From the NCBI GenBank assembly GCA_963775425.1, contig CAVZJB010000014.1, positions 1-64,000 on the forward strand: a stretch of DNA of 64,000 bases, in the 5' to 3' direction. Origin of the DNA: an uncultured delta proteobacterium (GTDB lineage Bacteria > Myxococcota > UBA727 > VGSZ01). Shown piece after piece: positions 39,667 to 50,641 of the stretch; the first letter of the stretch is position 1; every line of letters begins with the position of its first letter. The notes beneath the pieces are model-generated. The model made no database searches, was not told the origin of the DNA, and saw nothing but the letters and a program-made list of their open reading frames with translations. Made by a program: the position numbers and the translations under genes.

Positions 39667-39996
39667 CTACGGGGCCTTCATCAGCAGGCGCTCGACGGGG
39701 CGGCCGTGTACGAGGTGCTCGTCGATGATCGCGTCGACGTCCTCGACGGTGCGCGCGGTGTACCAGACGCCCTCGGGCGGGTCCTTCGCCCCATAGACGA
39801 CGAGCGCGGGCCCCTGGCTGCAATGGTCGAGGCAGCCGGCCTTGTTCACGCGCACACGCCCCTTCAAGCCGAGCTTGTGGCAGCGCTCCTTCGCGTGGGC
39901 GTGCAGGAGCGCCGACTGCTTGAGCGCGCAGGACCCCTTGGGATCTTCGGGGCTGCGCTCATTCGTGCACACGAAGAGGTGATGCTCGAAGGGCAT
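39667..39996 (-). CDS. Thioredoxin-like [2Fe-2S] ferredoxin
   Basis: H.FVCTN.R..GSC, GCLD.C..GP and GVWY motifs. Confidence 0.92.
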   Translation of the reverse strand: MPFEHHLFVCTNERSPEDPKGSCALKQSALLHAHAKERCHKLGLKGRVRVNKAGCLDHCSQGPALVVYGAKDPPEGVWYTARTVEDVDAIIDEHLVHGRPVERLLMKAP

Positions 39997-40021
39997 GAGC
40001 GATGCCTACTATGCTGACCGG

Positions 40022-41425
40022 ATGCCCGCCACCGCCGGACGGCGCATCCTCGTCGCCGAAGACGACGACGCCGCGCGCCAGCTCATGGCCCGCGCGTTCG
40101 CCCACCGTGGCGACGACGTGGTCACCGTCGCCGACGGCGCCGCGGCGCTCGAGGCCCTCGCCGGCGGCGGCTTCGACGCGGCCGTCCTCGACGTCATGAT
40201 GCCGAAGCTCAGCGGCTTCGAGGTGCTCGAGCAGGCCCGCGCCCGCGGCGACACCACGCCCATCATCATGGCCACCGCCGCCGCGAGCCCCGACGACGTC
40301 GTGCGAGCGCTCGAGCTGGGCGCCGACGACTACGTCACCAAGCCCTTCAGCTTCGCCGTGCTGTTCGCGCGCATCGACGCCCGCGCGCACGTGAGGCCCT
40401 CGACGGCGCCACCGGTCCCACCGATCCCACCGATCCCACCGATCCCACCGATCCCACCGATCCCACCGGAGGGCGCCACGGTCGACGCCGCCGCGGACGT
40501 CATCGAGGTCGACGACGACGCCGCCGTCGCGGTCGCCGCGCAGCCCGGCGTGCTCGCGCGCATCCGCGCCGCGGCCCGGCGCATGAAGCAGCGCGCGCTG
40601 CCGGCCGCGTTGGAGCTCGCGCCGGGGACGACGCTCGCGGAGCGCTACGTCGTCGGCGAGCGCATCGGCGAGGGCGGCTTCGGCGTCGTCTTCCGCGCGC
40701 GCCACGTCGACCTCGATCAGGACGTGGCCGTCAAAGTGCTTCGCGCGTCCGCGGGCGCCAGGGCGGTGAAGGCCTTTCGCCGCGAGGCGCAGAACGCGTG
40801 CCGCGTCCGCCACGAAAACGCCGTGCGCGTCATGGACTTCGGCGTCGTCGACGGCGCCGCGTACCTGGTGATGGAGCTGCTCGAGGGCCCCACCCTCGAG
40901 CAGGTCTGCAAGAAGAGCGGCCCGCTCGAGCGAGAGCGCGCCTTGACCATCATGCGCCGCGTGTTCTCGGCGCTGGCCTGGATGCACCACGAGGGCATCG
41001 TCCACAGGGACGTCAAGCCGCACAACGTCGTGCTTCACCGGGAGCGGGACCGCGAGGTGCCGAAGCTCCTCGACTTCGGCGTGTCGTGCATGCTCGACGA
41101 CGCCGGCGGCGACGGCAACGCGGTCGTCGGCTCCGCGGCGTACATGGCGCCCGAGCGGTTGCGCGGCGAGCCGTACGACGGCCGCGCCGACGTCTACGCG
41201 TGCGGCGTCATGCTCCACCGCGTGCTCACCGGCGCTTTGCCGTTCCGCATTCCGCTCGACGACTTCGAGGCGCTCGCGCTCTGGCACCTCAACGAGGCGC
41301 CGCCGCCGGCGCAGATCACGCCCGGCGTGGACAAGCTTCTGCAGCGGCTCATGGAAAAAGATCCCACCCTCCGTCCCGACGCTGCGGAAGCGGAAGCGCT
41401 TCTCGAGGCGCTCGTGTGGGAGTGA
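40022..41425 (+). CDS. Receiver domain fused to a Ser/Thr kinase (paralog of 14061-15398)
   Basis: LVAEDD, LDVMMP and DYVTKP, then IGEGGFG, VAVK, HRDVKPHN, DFG and APE. Confidence 0.92.
   Translation: MPATAGRRILVAEDDDAARQLMARAFAHRGDDVVTVADGAAALEALAGGGFDAAVLDVMMPKLSGFEVLEQARARGDTTPIIMATAAASPDDVVRALELGADDYVTKPFSFAVLFARIDARAHVRPSTAPPVPPIPPIPPIPPIPPIPPEGATVDAAADVIEVDDDAAVAVAAQPGVLARIRAAARRMKQRALPAALELAPGTTLAERYVVGERIGEGGFGVVFRARHVDLDQDVAVKVLRASAGARAVKAFRREAQNACRVRHENAVRVMDFGVVDGAAYLVMELLEGPTLEQVCKKSGPLERERALTIMRRVFSALAWMHHEGIVHRDVKPHNVVLHRERDREVPKLLDFGVSCMLDDAGGDGNAVVGSAAYMAPERLRGEPYDGRADVYACGVMLHRVLTGALPFRIPLDDFEALALWHLNEAPPPAQITPGVDKLLQRLMEKDPTLRPDAAEAEALLEALVWE
40409..40468. repeat. 9-bp tandem repeat encoding a (PPI)n linker
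   Basis: (CCACCGATC)x5 plus flanking partial units. Confidence 0.9.
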
Positions 41426-41473
41426 GCGCGGTTCAGGTTGACACCCGCGCCTCCGTGGCCAACAAGTCCTGCC

Positions 41474-42730
41474 ATGACACGTAGTTATCTCTTCACAAGC
41501 GAATCCGTCACCGAAGGTCACCCCGACAAGATGGCCGACCAGGTCAGCGACGCGATTCTGGACGAAATCCTCAGCCTCGATGACCACCCCGAGAACGCAC
41601 GTGTGGCCGTGGAGACGCTCTTCAAGACCGGCATCTGCATCGTCGCCGGCGAGGTCCGCACCCACGCGCACCTCGATGTCGCCAAGATCGTGCGCCGCAC
41701 CATCAACCGCATCGGCTTCGACCACAGCGACAAGGGCTTCGACGGCCACACCTGCGGCGTGCTCAACGCCATCGAGGGGCAGTCGGCCGACATCGCCATG
41801 GGAGTCGACACCAAGAAGAAGAAGGAGCAGGGCGCCGGCGATCAGGGCCTGATGTTCGGCTTCGCCTGCGACGAGACCCCCGAGCTCATGCCGATGCCCA
41901 TCGCGTACGCGCACAAGCTCACCAAGCGCCTCGCGGACGTGCGCCGCTCGTCGCACAAGTGGCTGCGTCCCGACGCCAAGAGCCAGGTCACCATCGTGTA
42001 CGAGACCGGTGACGACGGCGTCGTCACCCCCAGCTACGTCGACACCATCGTCATCTCCACGCAGCACGCGCCGGAAGCCTCGCAGAAGCAGATCCGCGAA
42101 GCCGTGATGGACGACGTGATCAAGAAGGCCATCCCGGCCCGCATGCTCACCAAGCAGACCAAGTTCCACGTGAACCCCACCGGCCAGTTCATCGTCGGCG
42201 GGCCCATGGGCGACGCCGGTGTCACCGGCCGCAAGATCATCGTCGACACCTACGGCGGCATGGGCCGCCACGGCGGCGGCGCCTTCTCGGGCAAGGACCC
42301 GTCCAAGGTCGATCGCTCGGCGGCGTACATGGCTCGCTACGTGGCCAAGAACATCGTCGCCAGCGGCGTCGCCCGTCGCTGCGAGGTGCAGGTGGCCTAC
42401 GCCATCGGCGTCGCGGAGCCCGTGAGCGTCATGGTGGATTGCTTCGGCTCGGAGCAGGCGCCCGTCGAGAAGATCGAGAAGGCGGTGCGCAAGCTCTTCC
42501 CGCTCAAGCCCGCCGGGCTCATCGCGCACCTGAAGCTGCTCACGCCCGTCTACGAAAAGACGGCGGCGTACGGGCACTTCGGCCGCCCCGAGTTCACGTG
42601 GGAGAAGACCGACCTCGCCGACGCCCTGCGCAACGAGCTCGGCCTCGCCAAGAAGAAGGGCAACGGCGTGAACGGCCACGCCTCCGCCCCGGGCAAGGGC
42701 AAGAAGGGCCGCGAGCTCTACGCGTCCTGA
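41474..42730 (+). CDS. metK: S-adenosylmethionine synthetase
   Basis: [19 protein letters not shown] and GGGAFSGKD motifs. Confidence 0.98.
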   Translation: MTRSYLFTSESVTEGHPDKMADQVSDAILDEILSLDDHPENARVAVETLFKTGICIVAGEVRTHAHLDVAKIVRRTINRIGFDHSDKGFDGHTCGVLNAIEGQSADIAMGVDTKKKKEQGAGDQGLMFGFACDETPELMPMPIAYAHKLTKRLADVRRSSHKWLRPDAKSQVTIVYETGDDGVVTPSYVDTIVISTQHAPEASQKQIREAVMDDVIKKAIPARMLTKQTKFHVNPTGQFIVGGPMGDAGVTGRKIIVDTYGGMGRHGGGAFSGKDPSKVDRSAAYMARYVAKNIVASGVARRCEVQVAYAIGVAEPVSVMVDCFGSEQAPVEKIEKAVRKLFPLKPAGLIAHLKLLTPVYEKTAAYGHFGRPEFTWEKTDLADALRNELGLAKKKGNGVNGHASAPGKGKKGRELYAS

Positions 42731-42850
42731 TGTGACGCGCGAATCGCCGGTGACCGTGGGGCGGGGGCTTGTCCCCCGCCCTTTCGTTGCCGCGCCCGCA
42801 AACCGATCTTCCGTGAACCGACCACCGAGGTCCGATTTTCTGCCGGCGCT

Positions 42851-43312
42851 TCAGTAGCCCTGGGCGACGGTCTCGGGCGAGGCGGCGGGCGCGTCCTTGG
42901 GGCTCGAGGCGTCGACGGCCTTGGCGGGGCTCCCGGGGACGCGCGCCTTCTTGATGCGCACGATGTCGCCCTTGATCGTGTAGTCGCGGGGGGCGACGCA
43001 GCCGAAGGTGACACCGTTGATGATCAGGTTCACGCAGCCCCACTGCGACTCGTAGGTGAGGTTGGCCACGCCGTCGGCGCCCTTGGCCTGCACCTGGCGC
43101 TTGATCTCCGTGGAGAAGAAGTCGGGCGGCGGGTCGCCGATCAGACCGAAGATGAAGAAGTAGTTGGTCTTCTCGATGTTGAGGGCGCCGACCTTCTCCG
43201 TGTCCTCGGACTTCACGTCGCTGCGCAGGGTGCCGGGGAGGTTGGCGTCGACGGTGTTGCAGCCCGCGGCGAGCGCGGCGCTGGCCAGGGCGAAGAGGAT
43301 GAAGCGCTTCAC
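42851..43312 (-). CDS. Small lipoprotein (Bor/TRL-like)
   Basis: LAAGC lipobox; YFFIFGLI; .T.G..P...I.G. Confidence 0.6.
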   Translation of the reverse strand: MKRFILFALASAALAAGCNTVDANLPGTLRSDVKSEDTEKVGALNIEKTNYFFIFGLIGDPPPDFFSTEIKRQVQAKGADGVANLTYESQWGCVNLIINGVTFGCVAPRDYTIKGDIVRIKKARVPGSPAKAVDASSPKDAPAASPETVAQGY

Positions 43313-43866
43313 GGGGCACCTCCGGTGGTGGCCGCGGGCGGCGGCGAGGACGATACGGGCGGCGGCTCCGGCTCACCCGTGGGCGCCGGCGGCTCCGCGA
43401 CGTCGCCGGTGCCGGCGACCTTCACCCGCGTGCCGGAGAAGGTGACGTCGAGCGGCGGCATCACGCAGGGGGCGATGAAGTCCACGACGGGGATGATGCC
43501 GACGATGACGGAGATGCCGAAGTCCCACCCCGAGTACAGCTCGCCGATGTGGACGTTGCGCAGGGCGCCGTCGCCGGTGGCGGCGGCGATCTCCTCGGTG
43601 GCGCTCTCGTTGGCGATGGGGAACAGGCCCTTGATGAGCCAGTACTTCCGATCGACGACGGTGACGGAGCCGCTGCCCTGAACGCCGTCACCCCACAGGA
43701 TGGCGTCGAAGCCGGTGCGGCTCTCGGCCTTGGCGGGCTGCGACTCCGCGGGCGCGCCGCTGCCGTCGGAGCGCAGATCGAGGACGCCGGGCACCCTGGT
43801 GGTGATGTGGTTGCAGCCGGCGCCGGCGAGGGCGAGCGCGGTGCAGGCGAGGAGGGGAGCACGCAT
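43309..43866 (-). CDS. Small lipoprotein (Bor-like), resembles its neighbour
   Basis: GAGC lipobox; the PG.L.LRSD start resembles that of 42851-43312. Confidence 0.6.
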   Translation of the reverse strand: MRAPLLACTALALAGAGCNHITTRVPGVLDLRSDGSGAPAESQPAKAESRTGFDAILWGDGVQGSGSVTVVDRKYWLIKGLFPIANESATEEIAAATGDGALRNVHIGELYSGWDFGISVIVGIIPVVDFIAPCVMPPLDVTFSGTRVKVAGTGDVAEPPAPTGEPEPPPVSSSPPPAATTGGAP

Positions 43867-43925
43867 GGGCGCGTTGGTAGCCCGGATCCCTCGCACCTCG
43901 CAACGGGCTTGTGTAGAAGCGCGGC

Positions 43926-46697
43926 GTGAGGCCAAAGCTCTTCGCCGTCGCTGCCCTCGTCGCCGCGCTGCCGGCGTGGGCGGGCCCTGCCGCGGCCGAG
44001 GGCCCTGCCGCGGCCGAGGACCCTGCCGCGGCGCAGGCGCAGCAGATCACGCCGCCCGAGATCGTCGCCGGCGCCGAGCCCGTCTACCCCCCCGACGCCT
44101 TCAAGGAGGACGTGAAGGGTGACGTCGTCATGGACGTCGACCTCGACGACGAGGGCCTCGTGCAGCGCGTCGTCGTCAAGGCGAGCCCCGACAAGCGGTT
44201 GTCGTGGGCGGCGCTCGGCGCCGTCGTCAACATGGAGCTCCTGCCGGCGCGCCAGGGCGACGTCTCCATCCCGGTGCGCTTCGAGTACAAGCTCACCTTC
44301 ACCATCGACGAGGAGGTGCGCGAGCGCGCCCTCGCCGAGGACGAGGCCCGCCGCCTGGCCGCCCGCAAGGAGACGGCGCCGGTGAACCTCGACGGGCGGG
44401 TGCTCATCGCGGGCGAGCGCGCCTCCATCCCCGGCGCCTTCGTCTCCGTCGAAGGCCTCGACGCCGGCGACGTCGTCAGCGGCGACGACGGATCGTTTTC
44501 GGCCCGCGGCGTCCCCGAGGGCAAGCAGCACATCCACGTCGAGGCCAGCGGCTTCCTCCCCGGCGACGTCGACGTCGACGTCAAGCCCAACATCGTCACC
44601 GACGTCAACATCTTCCTCGTGAAGAAGCCCGGCGTTCAGGACGAGACCGTGGTCTACGAGCGCCGCACGCAGCGAGAGGTGAGCAAGCGCGTGCTCACGC
44701 AAAAGGAGCTCACGCGTGTGCCCGGGACGTTCGGCGACGCCATCCGCGCGGTGCAGCGGCTCCCCGGTGTGCAGCGCGCGCCCTTCGGCCTCGGGGCGCT
44801 GCTCGTGCGCGGCGGCTCCCCCAACGACAGCACCATCCTCGTCGACGGCCACCTCACGCGCATCCTCTTCCACCTCGGCGCCGGCCCGTCCGTCATCAAC
44901 TCCGACCTCGTCGACAAGCTCGAGCTGTATCCGGGCGGCCAGGGCGTGCGCTTCGGGCGCGCCATCGCCGGCGCCGTCGACGTCGTCACGCGCGACCCGC
45001 GCACCGACGAGTACGCCGGCAAGGTCACCATCGACCTGTTGCAGACGGGCTTTCACCTCGAGGGGCCGCTGCCGCTGCCGGACTCGTGGGCGCAGGTGCT
45101 CGGCGACACCAACGGCAAGATCGGCTTCTTCGTCGCCGGCCGCAGCAGCTACGCCGCCGAGGTGCTCAACATCGGGGACACCATCACCAGGTTCGTGGAC
45201 CTCGGCGTCGACCAGCTCACGCTCGCGCCGCGCTACAGCGACTACCAGGCCAAGCTCGTGTGGAAGCTGCCGTACCACCAGTCGCTCTCGATGCTGCTGC
45301 TCGGCTCCCACGACGACCTCGACCTCGCGCTCAACGCCGCCGAGCTCAACCCCAACGCGCCGTCCAACGTCGGCATCACCATCGGCTTTCACCGGCTCAA
45401 CCCCGTCTACAAGTGGCAGAGCGGCGACCAGAACAGCGACGGCACGCCGCACCTGCGCGTGTGGATCTCACCGGCCATCGAGACCAGCTACAGCGAGAAC
45501 CGCTTCGACGCGTCGCAGTTCCGCCTCGACGTCAATCGCGCGTCCTTGCGGGCGGAGGTCGAGCTGCGGCCCACGGACGGCTTCGGCCTGCTCATCGGCA
45601 CCGACGACACCGCGGCCACCTTCCACTCCGTCACCGACGTCCCCGCCATCATCCCCGACGAGCGCCTGTTCCCGCGGCCGGTGACGTCGGACCAGCCGCG
45701 CTTCCTCATCGCCGACGACGTGCTCGGCACGTCGTACTCTGCGTACGCCCAGGCCGACGCAAAGCTCGGCAACCTGCTCCTCGTCGGCGGCGCGCGCGCC
45801 GACATCTGGACCTACTACGACCAGATCCGCACCTCGATCGATCCGCGGCTGGCGCTGCGCCTCGACATGCTCGACTTCGTCACGCTCAAGGGGAGCGTCG
45901 GGCTCTACCACCAGACGGCGTCGCCCTTCGAGCTGGCCAAGAAGTTCGGCAACCCCGACCTGCCGCTCGAGCAGGGCTGGCAGGTGTCGGGCGGCTTCGA
46001 GTCGCAGCTCACGCGCTCCCTCGAGGTGGACGCGCAGCTGTTCGGGCGCACCGCGGAGAACATCGCCGAGCTGGTGGTGAGCCCGGTGCGCTTCTTCGCG
46101 ACGGGGGCGCCGCGCATCCAGCCCATCGGGGAGCAGCGCGTGTTCGGCGCGGAGTTCCTCTTGCGCCAGCACATCGACGCCATCCCCGGCGTCGGCGGCT
46201 TCTTCGGTTGGATCGCGTACACGGTGATGAAGGCCGAGGAGCGCAGCGACGCGCCGGTGGGCGTGGAGAACGCCGAGGCCTTCGGCTGGACGCCGTCGAC
46301 GTTCGATCAGACGCACAACCTCTCGGTGGCGATGTCGTGGCAGACGCCGGCGTGGCCGGTGGTGGGCCCGTTCGAATTCGGCGCCGCCGTCCGCTACGTG
46401 ACGGGGAACCCGGCGACGTTGGCGCAAAAGGGCATCTTCGACGCCGACACCTCGGACCACCAGCGCGTCAACGACCCGTACAACAGCGATCGCCTGCCGG
46501 CGTTCTTCCAGCTCGACCTGCGCGTCGACAAGAAATTCACGTTCGACACGTGGGCGCTCGCGCTCTTCTGCGACCTGCAAAACGCCACCAACCAGCGAAA
46601 CTTCGAGCTGTTCCAGTACAACTACGACTTCTCGCAGGTGGAGGGCTTCCCGGGCCTGCCCATCCTCCCCGTCGTCGGCGCCGAAGCCTCTTTCTGA
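43926..46697 (+). CDS. TonB-dependent receptor with N-terminal TonB-C and carboxypeptidase-like domains
   Basis: P.YP..A..G.V; VPGTFGD..R..Q.LPGV; VRGG; YPGG..FGR; RLP.F.QLDLRVDK; terminal Phe. Confidence 0.9.
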   Translation: MRPKLFAVAALVAALPAWAGPAAAEGPAAAEDPAAAQAQQITPPEIVAGAEPVYPPDAFKEDVKGDVVMDVDLDDEGLVQRVVVKASPDKRLSWAALGAVVNMELLPARQGDVSIPVRFEYKLTFTIDEEVRERALAEDEARRLAARKETAPVNLDGRVLIAGERASIPGAFVSVEGLDAGDVVSGDDGSFSARGVPEGKQHIHVEASGFLPGDVDVDVKPNIVTDVNIFLVKKPGVQDETVVYERRTQREVSKRVLTQKELTRVPGTFGDAIRAVQRLPGVQRAPFGLGALLVRGGSPNDSTILVDGHLTRILFHLGAGPSVINSDLVDKLELYPGGQGVRFGRAIAGAVDVVTRDPRTDEYAGKVTIDLLQTGFHLEGPLPLPDSWAQVLGDTNGKIGFFVAGRSSYAAEVLNIGDTITRFVDLGVDQLTLAPRYSDYQAKLVWKLPYHQSLSMLLLGSHDDLDLALNAAELNPNAPSNVGITIGFHRLNPVYKWQSGDQNSDGTPHLRVWISPAIETSYSENRFDASQFRLDVNRASLRAEVELRPTDGFGLLIGTDDTAATFHSVTDVPAIIPDERLFPRPVTSDQPRFLIADDVLGTSYSAYAQADAKLGNLLLVGGARADIWTYYDQIRTSIDPRLALRLDMLDFVTLKGSVGLYHQTASPFELAKKFGNPDLPLEQGWQVSGGFESQLTRSLEVDAQLFGRTAENIAELVVSPVRFFATGAPRIQPIGEQRVFGAEFLLRQHIDAIPGVGGFFGWIAYTVMKAEERSDAPVGVENAEAFGWTPSTFDQTHNLSVAMSWQTPAWPVVGPFEFGAAVRYVTGNPATLAQKGIFDADTSDHQRVNDPYNSDRLPAFFQLDLRVDKKFTFDTWALALFCDLQNATNQRNFELFQYNYDFSQVEGFPGLPILPVVGAEASF

Positions 46698-46718
46698 CGC
46701 GCCCGGTTGTCCCGAGGC

Positions 46719-48359
46719 TCACCACGGATCGGGGATGCGGACGTCGCCGGAGGTGTCGAAGCTGAAGGCGAGGGCGAGCTTCTTTTCGACGTTGGGCGCG
46801 AGCTCCACCGGGACGCGCACGATGCCGTGCTCGTCGGGCTTGTGCTCGCCGAGATCGACGCTGGAGTGCTGCGGCGAGGGCAGCACCTTGAGCTGCTTCA
46901 CCTCGCTGACCGGCATCCGCAGGTGGACCATCACGCGCTCGGTGCCGTCGCCTGTGTGCGAGAGCACGGCTTCGCGGATGAAGTGCACCACGTCCTTGCC
47001 CACGAGCTTCTTGTCTTCGGCGCGGCGCTTCTTGGTTCGCACGGTGAAGCGGTCGTCGCTGCCGAAGCTGAGGTCGAAGCTCTCGCCGACGCCGACGTAG
47101 GTGACGTCGCCGGTGCCGACGAACGTCCCTTGCTGCGACAGCGCAACGCCGCCCGCGAGGATGGGGCCCGCGCCCGCGTTCTTGAGGCTCGCGCGCAGGA
47201 ACACCTGGGGCGCGAGCTCCGGATACGCGATGCGCTCGACGCTGCACGGCGCCGTGAAGCTCGCCACCTGCACCCGGTGCGGCCGGCCGTCGTCGGGGAT
47301 GGTGCTCTTGTCCGCCCGGAACGTGCGCGCCTCGCCGCCGTCATCGACGCCGGGCGCCGTCCCCTGCGTCGCGCTCTTGGGCACGCCCTCCTCGCGGTGC
47401 TCCACCACGATGGTGCGGCGCTCCTCGGCGGTCTTTTGTCGCAGCGTCAGCCGGTCCGCGCGCAGCGCCGGCAGCTCCGCCCCCGCCGACGGCCGCGCCG
47501 TCGACAGCGCCAGCGCGACGTCGGTCCACGCCTCGCCGGTGCGGTTCCAGACGGCCGCGCAGGTCACGAAGCGCACCTCGCCCCCGTGGCCGTCGGCGGC
47601 GGCGCCCTCGAACGACAGGTGCGCCTCGTGCGCCGGCCGCCACGCCGCGCAGGCGGTGACGTTCGAGAGCGACAAGCGATAGCGGCCGCCCGTCGGCGAC
47701 GACACGCGCAGCCGCACCTCCGCCACCGTGCGCTGCCCGAGCGGGCGCGGCCGCGCGTCGTCGGCGGCGCGGACGCGCTTCTTCTTCAGGGCGTCGAGCG
47801 CCGCGCGCTTCTCGGCGCGCTCGGCGTCGCAGGCGGTGATCTTGTCGTCGAGCACGTCGAGCGACGCGCGCCACGACTCGACGCTGCCGCCGCCGCGGCC
47901 CACCGCGCGCGCCAGCAGATCGCCGTAGCGGCGCAGCGCGATCTCGGCGCGGGCGCGCTCCGCGCTCACGCGCTTGAGCGCGATGTCGGCGAGGGCGATG
48001 TCATCGTCGAGCTTCTCGATCTCGTCGTGGAGCGCGGTGCGCCGACGGTCCTGATCGTCGGACGGCGCGCCGTCGTCGACGATGAGGCGCTCCACGCGCG
48101 TGTCGTTCAGGTGCGCCACGCCCGCGCCATCGACGGGGTGCAGGTGCGCCACCACGTGCTCGTCGGACAGGAGCACCGGCAGCTCCTTGACGACGACCAG
48201 CGCGGCCCCCGCCGGCAGCGTCACGTCGGCCTCGCGCGCGACGTCGGCGCGGTCCTCGTACACGGTGACGCGCACGATGGGCGCGGTGACGTCGATGGAT
48301 GCCGTGGACGACGGGCTCGCGCCGGGGCCCGCGGAGGCGTGCTCGCTGTTGTCATTCAC
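46719..48359 (-). CDS. DUF4140/DUF4139 (MuiA-like) protein
   Basis: I.RVTVYEDRA.V.R, A.W.P and N.TGE.W..V.L.LSTA.P motifs. Confidence 0.85.
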   Translation of the reverse strand: MNDNSEHASAGPGASPSSTASIDVTAPIVRVTVYEDRADVAREADVTLPAGAALVVVKELPVLLSDEHVVAHLHPVDGAGVAHLNDTRVERLIVDDGAPSDDQDRRRTALHDEIEKLDDDIALADIALKRVSAERARAEIALRRYGDLLARAVGRGGGSVESWRASLDVLDDKITACDAERAEKRAALDALKKKRVRAADDARPRPLGQRTVAEVRLRVSSPTGGRYRLSLSNVTACAAWRPAHEAHLSFEGAAADGHGGEVRFVTCAAVWNRTGEAWTDVALALSTARPSAGAELPALRADRLTLRQKTAEERRTIVVEHREEGVPKSATQGTAPGVDDGGEARTFRADKSTIPDDGRPHRVQVASFTAPCSVERIAYPELAPQVFLRASLKNAGAGPILAGGVALSQQGTFVGTGDVTYVGVGESFDLSFGSDDRFTVRTKKRRAEDKKLVGKDVVHFIREAVLSHTGDGTERVMVHLRMPVSEVKQLKVLPSPQHSSVDLGEHKPDEHGIVRVPVELAPNVEKKLALAFSFDTSGDVRIPDPW

Positions 48360-50598
48360 GGCGGTTTCCCCCCGACAGCTCGGCCTTCGCCGGCAGGTCG
48401 ATGCTGTACGTGAAGTCGACGCTGTGCTTGACGCCCGGCATCAGCACCGCGCGCCACTCGAAGCCGCCCTTGAGCTCCTGGCCGTGCGCGTCCTTGTCCG
48501 TGCGGTTGATGGGCGGCTTCTCTTCGAGGACCTGCACGGTGACGTCCTTGACCTCGTCGGCGGGCACCGGGAGGCGGTCGTAGAGCACCAGGGGCGCCGG
48601 CTCCTTGCGCGTGGAGAGGAGCTCGAGGTGCACCTTGTGCTCCACCCGCGACGTCGACGTCACGATGCCCTTCTCCTTCTGGTTCACGTGCACCGTGCGC
48701 GACAGCACGCGCACGTCGGGGTCGACGCCGAGGTTGACCTCGACGGCGCCGGCGCCGGCGACGCGCGCGGCGCCCGGGTCGAGCCGCGCGTTCACCTTGA
48801 AGGCGCCGTCCTCGTAGACCGCGAGCGGCCCCGGCGGCAGCGGCGCCCCGCCGATCTCGAGCTTGCAGGTGCGCCACACGTCGTTGCTCTCGCGCGGCAC
48901 CGCCTTGTGCTCGGTGGCTGCAGGGCCGGCGTCCTCGCGCACCTCGACGCGGTAGAAGGTGCCGTCGCCGGGGACGTCGGTGGCGTCGGCCGCGCGCATC
49001 ACCGCCGGGAAGTGGGTGCCGAGGAGCGCCGAGGTCCCCCGCGGCAGCGGCGCGCGCTCGAGGTTCTGTCGCGCCCGCTCGAGCGCGAACAGGGCGCGGC
49101 GCAGCTCGGCGCGGCCGGCGCTGTCCGTGTCATGCGCCTCGAGCAGCCACTCGAGCCGGGACGTGGCATCGAGCGGCAGCAGCGCGCCGCGCTGTGGCTC
49201 GTCGGGGCCGGCCATGCGCATGCTCGAGGCGCGCAGGCGCGGCGGCAGCTCCGCCGCCGGCGCGCGCAGGACCGCGCTGCTCTCCTCGCGCGCGGCGCGC
49301 TTGCGCATCGGGCCGCCGCCGAAGCCGCGGGACATCGAGGCGCGGGGCGGCATCGGCGCCCCGGGAGACATGGCGTTCATCATCTCCATGGGCATGCCCG
49401 CGGAGCCGACCATCATGCCCTGGGCCTGCGCCAGCGGCGCCGGCGGCGGCGGCGGCGGCTCGCGCGACATGGCCGCCTCGTCGACGTCGAAGCCCACGCC
49501 GGTCTTGGTGGACGCGCCGAAGGCTTCGCGCGAGCGCGCCGGCGTAGCCTCGTCGGCCTCGGCGCTCGCCTCGTCGTCGAAGAGATCGATGCCGGCGTCG
49601 GTCTGTTCCTCTTCGAACGAGCGCACCTCGCCGGTGTCGGCGCGCTCGAAGGCCGCCATGGTGTCGGGGCGCCGCGACGGCATCGGCCGCGGCACCGGCT
49701 GGGTGGGCTCCGGCGGCGGCGGGCCGCCCCTGTTGCGCGCGAGCTTGCGCGGGGCGCGGTCGTAGCCGGAGAAGAGCTGCGGCAGGTCCGTGGGCAGCGG
49801 GCGGAACGCGCGCAGCGCGGCGGGCTGCGCGCGCCCGATGCGCCACGACGACAAGACGGGCAGGGTGGTCTCGCGGGCGAGGTCGGCGGTGCAGACGCCG
49901 ACGGTCACGCCGCTCCAGTCCTCGCCGGTGGCCTGTGCCACCAGCGCGGCCGTGACGAGGCGCGCGCGCCCGGTGGCGAGGTGGAGCGCGTACGTGGGCA
50001 CCCACCGGGCGGCGTGCACGAAGTACTCGAGCCTGAAGGGGACGTCCTCGTCGGCGTCGAGCCGGAAGCGCACCCCGCGCAGGACGCGGGGGGTGCGGTC
50101 GGGGACGGCGCCGGCGCGCTCGTCGAGCTTGCGCCGCTCGCGGTCGAGCTCGCGGCGCTTCTGCTCGAGGGCCCGGCGGCGGTCGGCGACGGCGCGGGCG
50201 CGGCCGGCGGCGAAGTCGACGAGGTCGACGAAGTGCTTGCCGTCCACGAGGCCGTCGGCGGGCGCGCGGGGGTCGGGCAGCTCGGGCATCAGCCCGTCGA
50301 GCACCTCGAGGAGGCCGGCGCACGTCTTGATCTCATCGTCGACGGCGGAGATGCGCAGGAGCAGCGCCGCGCGCTCCTCCTCGGGCACCGGCAGCGGCGC
50401 CGGCACCGTCTCGAGCTTCACGGTCTCTTCGAGGGACGCCACCTCGCCCCGGACCGGCCGGACGCGCAGGGAGTCCGCCGAGAACAGGAGCGGGAGCCCG
50501 CGCACCTCGACATCGCCGCGGCCGGCGCCCTCGCGCACGACCAGGGCGCCGTTTCGGTAGACCGTCACCTCGGAGATCCGGGTTGCCGCGACTTGCAT
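48352..50598 (-). CDS. DUF4140/DUF4139 protein
   Basis: I.EVTVY..GA.V.R, ARW.P.Y, VAQATGEDW.GV and DRLPV motifs. Confidence 0.85.
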   Translation of the reverse strand: MQVAATRISEVTVYRNGALVVREGAGRGDVEVRGLPLLFSADSLRVRPVRGEVASLEETVKLETVPAPLPVPEEERAALLLRISAVDDEIKTCAGLLEVLDGLMPELPDPRAPADGLVDGKHFVDLVDFAAGRARAVADRRRALEQKRRELDRERRKLDERAGAVPDRTPRVLRGVRFRLDADEDVPFRLEYFVHAARWVPTYALHLATGRARLVTAALVAQATGEDWSGVTVGVCTADLARETTLPVLSSWRIGRAQPAALRAFRPLPTDLPQLFSGYDRAPRKLARNRGGPPPPEPTQPVPRPMPSRRPDTMAAFERADTGEVRSFEEEQTDAGIDLFDDEASAEADEATPARSREAFGASTKTGVGFDVDEAAMSREPPPPPPAPLAQAQGMMVGSAGMPMEMMNAMSPGAPMPPRASMSRGFGGGPMRKRAAREESSAVLRAPAAELPPRLRASSMRMAGPDEPQRGALLPLDATSRLEWLLEAHDTDSAGRAELRRALFALERARQNLERAPLPRGTSALLGTHFPAVMRAADATDVPGDGTFYRVEVREDAGPAATEHKAVPRESNDVWRTCKLEIGGAPLPPGPLAVYEDGAFKVNARLDPGAARVAGAGAVEVNLGVDPDVRVLSRTVHVNQKEKGIVTSTSRVEHKVHLELLSTRKEPAPLVLYDRLPVPADEVKDVTVQVLEEKPPINRTDKDAHGQELKGGFEWRAVLMPGVKHSVDFTYSIDLPAKAELSGGNRRE

Positions 50599-50641
50599 GA
50601 CCCGCACTTAGCACGTACACGCCTCGGCTTTGGAGGCACTC

